Source of the DNA: an uncultured Pelagibacteraceae bacterium
GTDB taxonomy: Bacteria; Pseudomonadota; Alphaproteobacteria; Pelagibacterales; Pelagibacteraceae
Direction of reading: 5' to 3'
DNA length: 64,000 bases
Assembly: GCA_902540545.1 (NCBI GenBank)
Contig: CACBMY010000001.1
Location: forward strand, 41,077 to 105,076
Within the stretch, counting starts at the first letter, position 1, and the number at the start of each line of letters is the position of its first letter. The notes below the pieces were generated by a model. It worked only from the letters and a program-made list of their open reading frames with translations. It searched no databases and had not been told where the DNA came from. The position numbers were made by a program, and so were the translations under genes. Of the stretch, positions 1 to 9,125 are shown piece after piece.

Positions 1-134
1 TCTTCTGGACTTTTGGGGTCACCTTGTTTAGCTATTTTTTTTGCTCTTTTTTCAGCAAGCTTTTTTTCTCTTTTAGCCTGCTTCTCCATAGCCTTAGCTC
101 CTCGGGTTGATTTATAATCGTAGTGAATTCCCAT
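1..134 (-). CDS. Small basic hypothetical protein, runs off the window edge (partial)
   Basis: Read by hand: ATG at 134-132, open to position 1, MGIHYDYKSTRGAKAMEKQAKREKKLAEKRAKKIAKQGDPKSPE...; divergent from tRNA-Thr; not in the ORF track. Confidence 0.6.
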   Translation of the reverse strand, partial: MGIHYDYKSTRGAKAMEKQAKREKKLAEKRAKKIAKQGDPKSPE

Positions 135-229
135 ATCATTTACCAATTTTAGATATACCTGATTTTTGTAAAAAATTAAGGCAATTATTTGAAAAAAACA
201 ATTTTATACACTAATTATAATTAAATTAT

Positions 230-303
230 GCCCTCATAGTTAAATGGTATAACACATCCATGGTAAGGATGAGTTTCCAGTTCAATTCTGGGTGAGGGCA
301 CCA
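230..303 (+). tRNA. tRNA-Thr(GGT)
   Basis: GCCCTCA/TGAGGGC acceptor stem, anticodon arm CATCC-ATGGTAA-GGATG, T-loop GTTCAATTC, encoded CCA. Confidence 0.95.
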
Positions 304-305
304 GT

Positions 306-1022
306 TTATTTGTAGAATTTTTCTCTGATTATAAATCCAATTAAAACCAGGATTATCATACCAATTATTGGTACATAAATATCTGGAGTTAAAATTATAT
401 CAAATATACTTGGGAGTTCTTGATTGGTTTCAATAACTTTATTTAAGCCTGCTCCAAGTGAAGCTCCAACAAATAACTGAGGTGTCATTCCAATAACAGA
501 TCCAAAAAAGAAGTTTCTAATCTTAACATTAAATAATGTTGGCAAAATGTTCGATATAAAAAAAGGTATCCCGCCGACAAATCTATATATCAGAAAAAAA
601 GTAAATTCATTTTTTTTAAATTTTTCGGTAAGATTAGAAAACTTTGATGAAAATTTTTTTTCAATTAAATCTTTAAAAAAATAATTTGCACAAATATACA
701 AAAGTGTTGCGCCAATAGATAAACCAAATACTATAAGAATTGTCCCTATCCATTTCCCAAATACAAATCCTCCAACTAAAAAAACTGGTGAACCAAATCC
801 TAAGAGCATAACCCAAATAATCACTCCAATAAAAAATAATATGCTAGCAATTAAAAGATTGGAATTTTTGATATCATTTAGTTTATCTCTATTATTTTTT
901 ATAAGTTCAAAACTTGAAAAGTCATCAAATGAGAAATAGCTAAAAAAAAGCAACAAAAAGCCAGTAACTATGGAAAGGTATATAATACCGAGAATAATTT
1001 TTAATTTATTTTCATTTTCCAT
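306..1022 (-). CDS. TVP38/TMEM64 (VTT/DedA superfamily) membrane protein
   Basis: Hydrophobic; motifs GGFVFG, GATLLY, RFVGGIPFFISN, FFFGSVIGMTP. Confidence 0.85.
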   Translation of the reverse strand: MENENKLKIILGIIYLSIVTGFLLLFFSYFSFDDFSSFELIKNNRDKLNDIKNSNLLIASILFFIGVIIWVMLLGFGSPVFLVGGFVFGKWIGTILIVFGLSIGATLLYICANYFFKDLIEKKFSSKFSNLTEKFKKNEFTFFLIYRFVGGIPFFISNILPTLFNVKIRNFFFGSVIGMTPQLFVGASLGAGLNKVIETNQELPSIFDIILTPDIYVPIIGMIILVLIGFIIREKFYK

Positions 1023-1106
1023 TTTGTTCTAATTTATTAAAAATCGCTGTACTTATATACATTAAATTGTATAACTACCGAAATTTAACAAAAAAGAAGC
1101 CTTAAT

Positions 1107-1241
1107 ATGAAACGTACATATCAACCTAGTAAAAAAGTGAGAAAAAGAAGGCATGGTTTTAGGTCTAAAATGAAGACTAAAGGTGGAAGAAAACTAATTA
1201 GAAGAAGAAGAAGTAAGGGTAGAAAAAAACTCACTGTTTAA
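1107..1241 (+). CDS. rpmH: 50S ribosomal protein L34
   Basis: Read by hand: [44 protein letters not shown], 44 aa; TAATG overlap with rnpA. Confidence 0.98.
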   Translation: MKRTYQPSKKVRKRRHGFRSKMKTKGGRKLIRRRRSKGRKKLTV

Positions 1242-1582
1242 TGCAGGTTAAATTAAAAAGTTTATCCAAAAATGAGGATTTTAAATTTATTTTAAATGGT
1301 AAAAAAATTTCAAATAGATATTCAACAATTTTTTACAGGAGACTAGAAAATAAAAGTAATAAATTTTTTAATATTAGCTTTATAACAAAAAAAAAGATTG
1401 GTACAGCCGTTATAAGAAATAAAATTAAAAGAAGATTAAGAAATATGATGAATGAAGCTTTAAAAAAAATTAAAATTAATCTTAACTATAGTTATTTATT
1501 AATTGCTAGAAAATCTGTTTTAGAGGATGAGTACAATTTTATTAAAATAAAACTTTTTAGTGAGTTAAAAAAAATTAGATAA
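1241..1582 (+). CDS. rnpA: Ribonuclease P protein component
   Basis: RNR-type motif KKKIGTAVIRNKIKRRLR; position after rpmH. Confidence 0.95.
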   Translation: MQVKLKSLSKNEDFKFILNGKKISNRYSTIFYRRLENKSNKFFNISFITKKKIGTAVIRNKIKRRLRNMMNEALKKIKINLNYSYLLIARKSVLEDEYNFIKIKLFSELKKIR

Positions 1583-1584
1583 TT

Positions 1585-1824
1585 ATGATTAAAAAAGGAT
1601 TAATATATTTAATTAAATTTTATAAATATTTCATTTCACCGGTTCTGGGTAATAATTGCAGGTATCTTCCAACCTGTTCAGAGTATTTTATTGATAGTTT
1701 AAATGAATTTGGTGTTTCGAAAGGTTGTTACAAAGGCATAAAAAGAATTTTATCTTGTCATCCTATAAAACTTTTGGGCGGAGGACATGGGTATGATCCT
1801 GTAAAGAAAAAGAATATTAAATAA
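1585..1824 (+). CDS. yidD: Membrane protein insertion efficiency factor
   Basis: YKYFISP, CRYLPTCSEY, RILSCHP, GYDPV. Confidence 0.95.
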   Translation: MIKKGLIYLIKFYKYFISPVLGNNCRYLPTCSEYFIDSLNEFGVSKGCYKGIKRILSCHPIKLLGGGHGYDPVKKKNIK

Positions 1825-3506
1825 TGGACACTAGAAACGTAATAGCAGCAATTTCATTAAGTGCAGCAGTAATAATTCTCTATGGATTATTTTTTGCTCC
1901 GCCTAGTCCTGATCCAAAGCAGGTAACTAATAATGATCAAAATAAGAACAACCTTCAACTAAATGAAGCACCAAAAATAGAGCAAAATATTGAGAATAAC
2001 AAAATTTCTAGATCAGAAGCAATCAACAAAGTTGAAAGAATACTTTTTGAAAATGAAAATATTAAAGGTTCTATTTCTCTAGAGGGTTCATTAATCGATG
2101 ACCTGATTTTTAAGAAATACACTGAAACTTTAGACTCTGATGAAAATGTAGTTTTGCTTAATCCTAAAGAGTCTGAAAATGGTTATTATATAGAAACAGG
2201 TTGGGCTATAAATAATAAAAACATCGAAGTTCCTAATTCAAATACAAAGTGGGAAGTGGTGGGCAATAAATTGCTAACACCGAACAGTCCAATTAAATTG
2301 GTATGGAATAATGAGCAGAATATAACTTTTGAGAAAGAAATAAGCATAGATGATAAATTTTTATTTACTGTTAACCAAAAAATTACCAATAATACTCAAA
2401 ATACTTATAATTTTTATCCCTACGGACAGATTATTAGAAATCTAGCTCCAGATGTAACTGATTTTTATATATTACACGAAGGTTTATTAGGTGTTTTTGA
2501 TGATAATCTTGTTGAAGAAGATTACGATGACATTAAAGACAAGAAGTACTCCGTAAATGCTAACAAAGGATGGATGGGTATTACAGATAAATATTGGATA
2601 ACAAGTTTAATCCCAGAAAGTAACAAAAGTTTTAGATCAGATTTCGATTATAAAAATAAATTTAAAGCTAACTTCATAGAGACTGCCGCAACAGAAGTTA
2701 GAGCTAATGAAAGTAAAACTAATCAGGTAAAAGTGATTATTGCAGCAAAAGAAGTGGATGTTGTTGATGGTTATGCAGAAAAACTAAATATTAATAAATT
2801 TGATTTAGCAATTGATTGGGGCTTTTTGTACTTCCTTACAAAGCCAATCTTCCTAATCTCCGATTATTTCTTTAAATTAACTGGTAACTATGGAATTGCA
2901 ATTATACTGATTACCGCTTGTATAAGAATATTATTTTTTCCTCTCGCTAACTACTCGTTTAGATCAATGGCGAAAATGAAAGTTCTTCAACCTGAAATGG
3001 TAAGGCTTAAAGAACTACACAAGGAAGATAAAATGAAGTTACAGCAAGAAATGATGGCTCTTTACAAAAGAGAGAAGGTGAATCCTGTAAGTGGATGTTT
3101 GCCTATTTTAATTCAAATACCATTCTTTTTTGCAATTTATAAAATGTTATTTGTTACAATTGAAATGAGACATCAGCCTTTTTTTGGTTGGATACACGAT
3201 CTAAGTGAAAGAGATCCTACAAGTTTATTTAATCTATTTGGTTTGTTACCATATGATGTTCCATCATTTTTAATTATCGGAGCTTGGCCAGTAGCAATGG
3301 GTGTAACAATGTGGATGCAACAAAAACTTAATCCAACACCACCAGACCCGATTCAGCAAAAAATATTTATGTTTTTTCCTGTATTCTTAACAGTGATACT
3401 TGCACCTTTTCCATCAGGGTTAGTTATATATTGGACAATTAACAACGTGCTTACAATGGCACAACAGTATGTAATTATGAAGAGAACTTCAGTTAAAACA
3501 GTTTAA
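1824..3506 (+). CDS. yidC: Membrane protein insertase YidC
   Basis: IDWG, NYGIAII, GCLPILIQIPFFFA, GLVIYW. Confidence 0.97.
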   Translation: MDTRNVIAAISLSAAVIILYGLFFAPPSPDPKQVTNNDQNKNNLQLNEAPKIEQNIENNKISRSEAINKVERILFENENIKGSISLEGSLIDDLIFKKYTETLDSDENVVLLNPKESENGYYIETGWAINNKNIEVPNSNTKWEVVGNKLLTPNSPIKLVWNNEQNITFEKEISIDDKFLFTVNQKITNNTQNTYNFYPYGQIIRNLAPDVTDFYILHEGLLGVFDDNLVEEDYDDIKDKKYSVNANKGWMGITDKYWITSLIPESNKSFRSDFDYKNKFKANFIETAATEVRANESKTNQVKVIIAAKEVDVVDGYAEKLNINKFDLAIDWGFLYFLTKPIFLISDYFFKLTGNYGIAIILITACIRILFFPLANYSFRSMAKMKVLQPEMVRLKELHKEDKMKLQQEMMALYKREKVNPVSGCLPILIQIPFFFAIYKMLFVTIEMRHQPFFGWIHDLSERDPTSLFNLFGLLPYDVPSFLIIGAWPVAMGVTMWMQQKLNPTPPDPIQQKIFMFFPVFLTVILAPFPSGLVIYWTINNVLTMAQQYVIMKRTSVKTV

Positions 3507-3509
3507 TTG

Positions 3510-4358
3510 ATGGAATTAGATAAGATTATTCCAAAAGATGGGCCAAATATTAATGAAGTTGAAAAATATATAAATAAATACCAGTCTGAGGTCATAGTAA
3601 TTAAATGTGGTGGATCAGTTTTATTAGATAAAAAACTATTTAATCAGTTCATAGAAGATATTTCAGTAATAAACAAAATCGGTTTATCAGCAATAGTAGT
3701 ACATGGTGGAGGTAAAAATATTAAAAAAAAATTAGATGAAAATAATATTGAAACAAGATTTATCAAAGGACTTAGGGTTTCAGACGACAAAACAATAAGA
3801 TACATAGAAGAGGCTTTACTAGAGCTTAATTTAGAGATTTTGAATGAATTAAAATCTAAAAACACTAATGTTTGTTCAATATCACCTAAAGAAAATAATG
3901 TAATTAATATTATTCCTGAAAGTAAAGAATTGGGATATGTCGGCACACCAAAAAAAATTAATAAAGAGAAAATATTAAATTTTATTCACAATAAACAAAT
4001 TCCAATTGTTGTCCCTTTAGGAGTGGGTGATGATGGTAAAATTTATAATATTAATGCAGATGTTGCGGCAGGTTCAATTGCAAAAGAGATCGATGCTAGA
4101 CGACTTCTTTTAATGACAGATGTTGAGGGAGTTCTTGATGAAAATCAAAAACTTATATCTGAAATTAATCTCAATAGAGCCAACGAGATGTTAAAAAATA
4201 ATATTATATCTGGAGGCATGATACCAAAAATAAACACTTGTTTAGATGCAATATCTAATGGTGTTAGGGGTGTTGTTATTGTTGATGGGAGAAAACCACA
4301 TTCAATACTATTTGAGTTATTTTCTGATAAGGGCGCAGGAACATTAATAAGAAAATGA
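3510..4358 (+). CDS. argB: Acetylglutamate kinase
   Basis: VIKCGGS, VVHGGG, GLRVSD, NINADVAA, GGMIPKI, GAGTLI; ATG at 3510 (TTG at 3507 is an alternative). Confidence 0.95.
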   Translation: MELDKIIPKDGPNINEVEKYINKYQSEVIVIKCGGSVLLDKKLFNQFIEDISVINKIGLSAIVVHGGGKNIKKKLDENNIETRFIKGLRVSDDKTIRYIEEALLELNLEILNELKSKNTNVCSISPKENNVINIIPESKELGYVGTPKKINKEKILNFIHNKQIPIVVPLGVGDDGKIYNINADVAAGSIAKEIDARRLLLMTDVEGVLDENQKLISEINLNRANEMLKNNIISGGMIPKINTCLDAISNGVRGVVIVDGRKPHSILFELFSDKGAGTLIRK

Positions 4359-5026
4359 ATAATCTAAAAAATATAAAGAATATTTTGTTCGACTGCGATG
4401 GTGTTTTATATAGTGATTTAGAAGCAGTTTTTGGCCAAGTTAGTAAGAGAATGACAAAATATATTTCGAATAAACTTAACCTAGACCTTACAAAAGCCAA
4501 AGAATTACAAAGAGATTATTTTCACAAATACAACACAAGTTTAAATGGATTGATGATACATCATGATATACCGCCAGAAGAATTCTTGGAGTATGTTCAT
4601 GATATTGATCTTTCATTTATGGAAAAAGATCTTGTTTTAAGAAATGAGCTTGAAAAGATGAATTTAAATAAATTCGTATTCACAAACGGAAGTAGAGCGC
4701 ACGTAAAAAATATAGTTAAAACCCTTGGTATAGAAGACCAATTTAAAGATATATTTGATATAGTAGACGCAAAGTATTACCCAAAGCCTGAAGCCAAAGC
4801 TTTTGATCTTATGGTTGATAAATTTAAGATTAATCCAAAAGAAACTCTTTATATTGAGGATATAGCTAAAAATTTATCAATAGGTAAAGAGCGGGGTACT
4901 ATAACAGCTTGGCTTATCAATAATGAATACTGGGGTAAAAAAGAGTCTGATAAAGATTACATCGACTATAAAATCGAAAATCTCTCTTTATTTTTAAAAG
5001 AAATAAGGTTATTAAAAAACTCATAA
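4355..5026 (+). CDS. HAD-family pyrimidine 5'-nucleotidase-like hydrolase
   Basis: DCDGVLY (DxD motif), FTNG, PKP, IEDIAKNL. Confidence 0.85.
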   Translation: MNNLKNIKNILFDCDGVLYSDLEAVFGQVSKRMTKYISNKLNLDLTKAKELQRDYFHKYNTSLNGLMIHHDIPPEEFLEYVHDIDLSFMEKDLVLRNELEKMNLNKFVFTNGSRAHVKNIVKTLGIEDQFKDIFDIVDAKYYPKPEAKAFDLMVDKFKINPKETLYIEDIAKNLSIGKERGTITAWLINNEYWGKKESDKDYIDYKIENLSLFLKEIRLLKNS

Positions 5027-5030
5027 AATT

Positions 5031-5858
5031 ATGAGTATTGAAAAAATTATAAATGAAGCTTGGGAAAATAAAGACCAAGTAAACCAAAATTCAGATAAAT
5101 CTTTAAAGGATGCTGTTGATCAAATTATTAATGATCTAGACAGTGGAAAAGCAAGAGTAGCTGAAAAGATCAATGGTGTATGGGTTACTCATCAACATCT
5201 AAAAAAAGCTATCATGTTAAGTTTTCGAATGCATGGAATGGATATCATGGCGGGACCATATTCAACATGGAGAGATAAGAGTCACTTATTAAAAGGTAAA
5301 ACTGCTGGCTGGACGAATGAAGATTTTGAAAAAGCTGGGTTCAGAATGGTCCCCAACACAGCAGCAAGACGTGGTTCCTTTGTTGCAAAAAATGCTGTTC
5401 TTATGCCATGTTATGTAAATATTGGAGCGTACATAGACGAAGGTACTATGATGGATACATTCAGTCGTGCAGGAAGTTGTTGTCAGATTGGAAAAAATTG
5501 TCATATCTCGGCCGGAACTGGAGTTGGTGGAGTATTAGAACCAGCCCAAGCATTACCAACAATTATTGAAGATAATGTTTTCTTAGGAGCAATGTCAGAA
5601 GTAGTAGAAGGTGTAATAGTTGGAGAAGGCTCTGTTTTAAGTATGGGAATGTATATTGGGCAATCAACAAAAATTGTTAATAGAAAAACTGGTGAAATAA
5701 CTTATGGAAAAATTCCACCTTACTCAGTAGTAGTTCCAGGATCCTTACCAGATAAAAACAATCCACAAGCACCATCTTTATATTGTGCAGTAATAATTAA
5801 ACAAGTTGATGAAAAAACTAGATCAAAGACATCTGTTAATGATCTTTTAAGAGAATAA
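5031..5858 (+). CDS. dapD: Tetrahydrodipicolinate N-succinyltransferase (divergent)
   Basis: LKKAIMLSFR, VNIGAYIDEGTM, GGVLEP, SLYCAVIIKQVDEKTRSKT. Confidence 0.93.
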   Translation: MSIEKIINEAWENKDQVNQNSDKSLKDAVDQIINDLDSGKARVAEKINGVWVTHQHLKKAIMLSFRMHGMDIMAGPYSTWRDKSHLLKGKTAGWTNEDFEKAGFRMVPNTAARRGSFVAKNAVLMPCYVNIGAYIDEGTMMDTFSRAGSCCQIGKNCHISAGTGVGGVLEPAQALPTIIEDNVFLGAMSEVVEGVIVGEGSVLSMGMYIGQSTKIVNRKTGEITYGKIPPYSVVVPGSLPDKNNPQAPSLYCAVIIKQVDEKTRSKTSVNDLLRE

Positions 5859-5862
5859 ACTA

Positions 5863-7005
5863 ATGAAAACTTATAATGAACTAAAGTTAGCTCAGGAGCT
5901 AATAAAATTTCAAACCATTAAGACTGAAGATAAAGGGATTATGAAGTTTCTTTCAAAGAAACTTTCCTCATTAGGTTTTAAATGTCAGATAATAAAATCA
6001 AAAGGCACAGGTGCTAAACCTGCATTAAATTTATATGCAAAATTTGGTAAATCAAAACCTAACATTAATTATCTGGGTCACACAGATGTTGTTGCTAACC
6101 TTAATAATTGGGAGTTTCCACCATTTAAAGCATTGATAAAAAAAGGATATTTATATGGTAGAGGATCTCAAGACATGAAGGGTAGTGTAGCGTGTTGGAT
6201 AAGTGCTGTAAGTGATTTTATTAAAAATAAAAAATTTAAAGGTTCTATATCAATAATAATTACAGCTGATGAAGAAACTACAGGTCATGGTTGTCCAGCA
6301 GTTATGAAATATTTAAAGAAAAAAAAAGAAAAAATTGACTTTTCAATAGTAGGCGAACCGTCTTCAAATAAATCAGTTGGGGATGAAATCAGGATTGGAA
6401 GAAGAGGTTCTATGAATGCAACAGTAACAGTATATGGAAAAAGTGGACACTCTGCATTTTATGGGACATATATAAATCCATGTACTGCTCTTGCTAAAAT
6501 AATATCTAAACTGAAAAGTGTTCCGCTAGACAAAGGAACAAAGTATATGCCAGCATCAAATTTAGAATTTACAAAAATGAATGTAGATAATATATCTGAA
6601 AATGTAGTCCCGCAATCTGCAAGTGCTAAATTTAATGTTAGATTTAATACATCTTATAAATCAATATCTTTAAAAAAAAAACTTAGTAAAATTATTAATG
6701 CAGTTGCAAAAAAAGAAAATTGCAAAACAAAAATAGAATATAAAGTAAGTGGAGAAGCATTTTACACAGTACCAAATAAAGAAATTTATATGGTAAAAAA
6801 AGTTGTAAAAAAAGTTACAGGGAACAATGCAAAATTAAATTGTAGAGGTGGCACAAGTGACAGCAGATTTTTAGGTTCGATACCACGTCTTGAGCTGGGA
6901 TTAAGAAATAATACTATTCATATGGTTAATGAGAGAACATCGATCTCAGATTTAAAAAAGTTAACTAAAATTTATAAGAATATCTTACACAATTATTTCA
7001 CTTGA
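5863..7005 (+). CDS. dapE: Succinyl-diaminopimelate desuccinylase (M20 family)
   Basis: GHTDVV, GRGSQDMKG, DEE, GEPS, GRRGS, GGTSDSRF, TIHMVNE; follows dapD. Confidence 0.9.
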   Translation: MKTYNELKLAQELIKFQTIKTEDKGIMKFLSKKLSSLGFKCQIIKSKGTGAKPALNLYAKFGKSKPNINYLGHTDVVANLNNWEFPPFKALIKKGYLYGRGSQDMKGSVACWISAVSDFIKNKKFKGSISIIITADEETTGHGCPAVMKYLKKKKEKIDFSIVGEPSSNKSVGDEIRIGRRGSMNATVTVYGKSGHSAFYGTYINPCTALAKIISKLKSVPLDKGTKYMPASNLEFTKMNVDNISENVVPQSASAKFNVRFNTSYKSISLKKKLSKIINAVAKKENCKTKIEYKVSGEAFYTVPNKEIYMVKKVVKKVTGNNAKLNCRGGTSDSRFLGSIPRLELGLRNNTIHMVNERTSISDLKKLTKIYKNILHNYFT

Positions 7006-7931
7006 AAACTGCAATTATAACATCTGAATCTTCAGAAAAACATATAACAGGCGATGGTCATCCAGAGCAACCGAAGAGAGTGGTTTCAATAATTGATACT
7101 TTAAAAAAAAATAAAAAACTGCTTTGGGATAAGCCAGATGTTGTTCCTAATGATATTCTTAATATGACACATTCTGAAGATTATATTAATAATTTAAACA
7201 ATTCATTTCCTAAAAGTGGCTTAAATTTTTTAGATGGTGATACAGTTGTATCGCCTGGAAGTAAGGATGCAGTATTTCAGGCTGCAGGATCATCTATAAG
7301 TGCAATAGATGGAATTGAGAGTAAAAAATATAAAAATGCATTTTGTGTTGTACGACCGCCAGGACACCATGCTGAAAAAAATAAATCGATGGGCTTTTGC
7401 TGTATTTCTAATGCAGGTGTTGCAGTTAATTATTTAATAAAAAAATATAAGTATAAAAGAATTGCATGTGTAGATTTTGATGTTCATTGGGGAAATGGAA
7501 ATTATGATGTTATGTATGATAATAAAAATTCACTCTATATATCAACACATCAATATCCATTTTATCCAGGTGGTGGCTCAGAAAAAGATAAGGGAAAGTA
7601 TAATAATTCTCTTAATATACCTCTTCCTGCAGGCACAAATTCTGAAGAATATTTTAATGCTTATGATAGAGTTTTAGATAGGTTAATTGAATATAAGCCT
7701 GATTACTTAATCTTTTCTGCTGGCTTTGATGCACACAAGAACGATCCACTAGCTCAATTTGAACTTTCATCCAAAGATTTTTATGAAATAACAAGAAGAA
7801 CGCTAAAAGCCACCAATAAATTTACTAATGGAAAAGTGATATCTTTACTAGAAGGTGGATACGACCTGAAAGCACTTGCTGAAAGCGCTAATTATCATGT
7901 AAATGCATTAATCGAGTCGGAAAATAAATAA
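7002..7931 (+). CDS. Histone deacetylase-family Zn amidohydrolase
   Basis: GHPEQPKR, LDGDT, RPPGHHA, GFC, DFDVHWGNG, SAGFDAH, LEGGY; TTG start overlaps the dapE stop. Confidence 0.93.
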   Translation: MKTAIITSESSEKHITGDGHPEQPKRVVSIIDTLKKNKKLLWDKPDVVPNDILNMTHSEDYINNLNNSFPKSGLNFLDGDTVVSPGSKDAVFQAAGSSISAIDGIESKKYKNAFCVVRPPGHHAEKNKSMGFCCISNAGVAVNYLIKKYKYKRIACVDFDVHWGNGNYDVMYDNKNSLYISTHQYPFYPGGGSEKDKGKYNNSLNIPLPAGTNSEEYFNAYDRVLDRLIEYKPDYLIFSAGFDAHKNDPLAQFELSSKDFYEITRRTLKATNKFTNGKVISLLEGGYDLKALAESANYHVNALIESENK

Positions 7932-7933
7932 TC

Positions 7934-8395
7934 ATGAAGTTATATAAACAAAAATCATCAAATATTGATAACAGGGGACTGTTTGCATCTAAAAATATAA
8001 AAAAAGGAACTAAGATTATTTATTACACAGGTAAAATAATTACAAAAAAACAGACTGAAAATAATCCAAAATTCGATAATGATAAAGCGATTTATCTTTT
8101 TAACTTAAATAATAGATATGATTTAGACGGTGATTTTGCTTACAATACTGCGAGACTTATTAATCACTCTTGTGATCCAAACTGCGAAGTTGAAGGCAAA
8201 GGTTTAAAATTATGGATTAGTTCCATTAAAGATATAAATAAAAATGAGGAACTAACTTATGATTATGGGTTTAGTTTTGATGAAAACTATAAGGATTTTC
8301 CTTGTAAGTGTGGCTCCAAAAATTGTTGTGGTTATATAGTCAGAGAAGGATCAAGATGGAGAATAAAAAAGAAAAAAAAGAAATCTAATAAATAA
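7934..8395 (+). CDS. SET-domain protein-lysine N-methyltransferase with post-SET Cys motif
   Basis: GLFA, RLINHSCDPN, ELTYDY, post-SET CKCGSKNC. Confidence 0.93.
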   Translation: MKLYKQKSSNIDNRGLFASKNIKKGTKIIYYTGKIITKKQTENNPKFDNDKAIYLFNLNNRYDLDGDFAYNTARLINHSCDPNCEVEGKGLKLWISSIKDINKNEELTYDYGFSFDENYKDFPCKCGSKNCCGYIVREGSRWRIKKKKKKSNK

Positions 8396-9125
8396 TTTTC
8401 TCAAGATATAAGCCATATGCAGGGGCAATAGGAGCACAATTTTTTCTAGATTTTGATTTAAATATACTGGTAAATTTTTTTAAGTTCCATTTTTTTTCAC
8501 CAAGGTATTTAAGTGAACCAACCATGGATCTAACCTGACTCTTAAGAAATGATTTTGACACAAATTGAATTTTTATAACATTTTTAACTTTGGTTATTTT
8601 TACTTTTTTCATGGTTCTTACCGGACTTTTTGCAGCACAATTAGATGCTCTAAAAGTTGAAAAATCATGAGTTCCAATTAATTTTTTTGCTCCCTTTTTC
8701 ATCAATTCAACATCAATTTTTTTTTTAATATGCCACTCTCTGTTAAAATTGATAACTGAAGGAGAAGCATCATTTCTAATTAGGTACGTATACCGTCTTT
8801 CTTTTGCAGAATATCTTGAATGAAAAAGTTTATTTTTTTTCTTTATTTTTAAAATAGATATTTTTTTTTTATTTAAAAAGAAGTTTAGTGAATTCAATAG
8901 TTTATCTTTTTGAATAATTTTGTTTGTAGTATCAAAGTGAGCTGATTGCTCTTTAGCATGAACTCCTGTATCTGTTCGTCCAGACCCGTAAATTTTTATT
9001 TTTTCTTTTAATAGTTTAGATAAGACAATCTCAATATTTTCCTGGATTGACTTACCTTTTTTTTGAATTTGCCAACCATTGTATAAAGTGCCTTCGTATT
9101 CTATTAGAATCTGATATCTATTCAC
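8385..9125 (-). CDS. truA: tRNA pseudouridine(38-40) synthase
   Basis: YEGTLYNGWQ, GSGRTDTGVHA, GTHDFSTF, APAYGLYL. Confidence 0.96.
   Translation of the reverse strand: MNRYQILIEYEGTLYNGWQIQKKGKSIQENIEIVLSKLLKEKIKIYGSGRTDTGVHAKEQSAHFDTTNKIIQKDKLLNSLNFFLNKKKISILKIKKKNKLFHSRYSAKERRYTYLIRNDASPSVINFNREWHIKKKIDVELMKKGAKKLIGTHDFSTFRASNCAAKSPVRTMKKVKITKVKNVIKIQFVSKSFLKSQVRSMVGSLKYLGEKKWNLKKFTSIFKSKSRKNCAPIAPAYGLYLEKIIY

Noticed and set aside
1023-1106. Possible replication origin next to rpmH
   Set aside because: No dnaA gene and no recognisable DnaA-box cluster; the spacer is only 84 nt.
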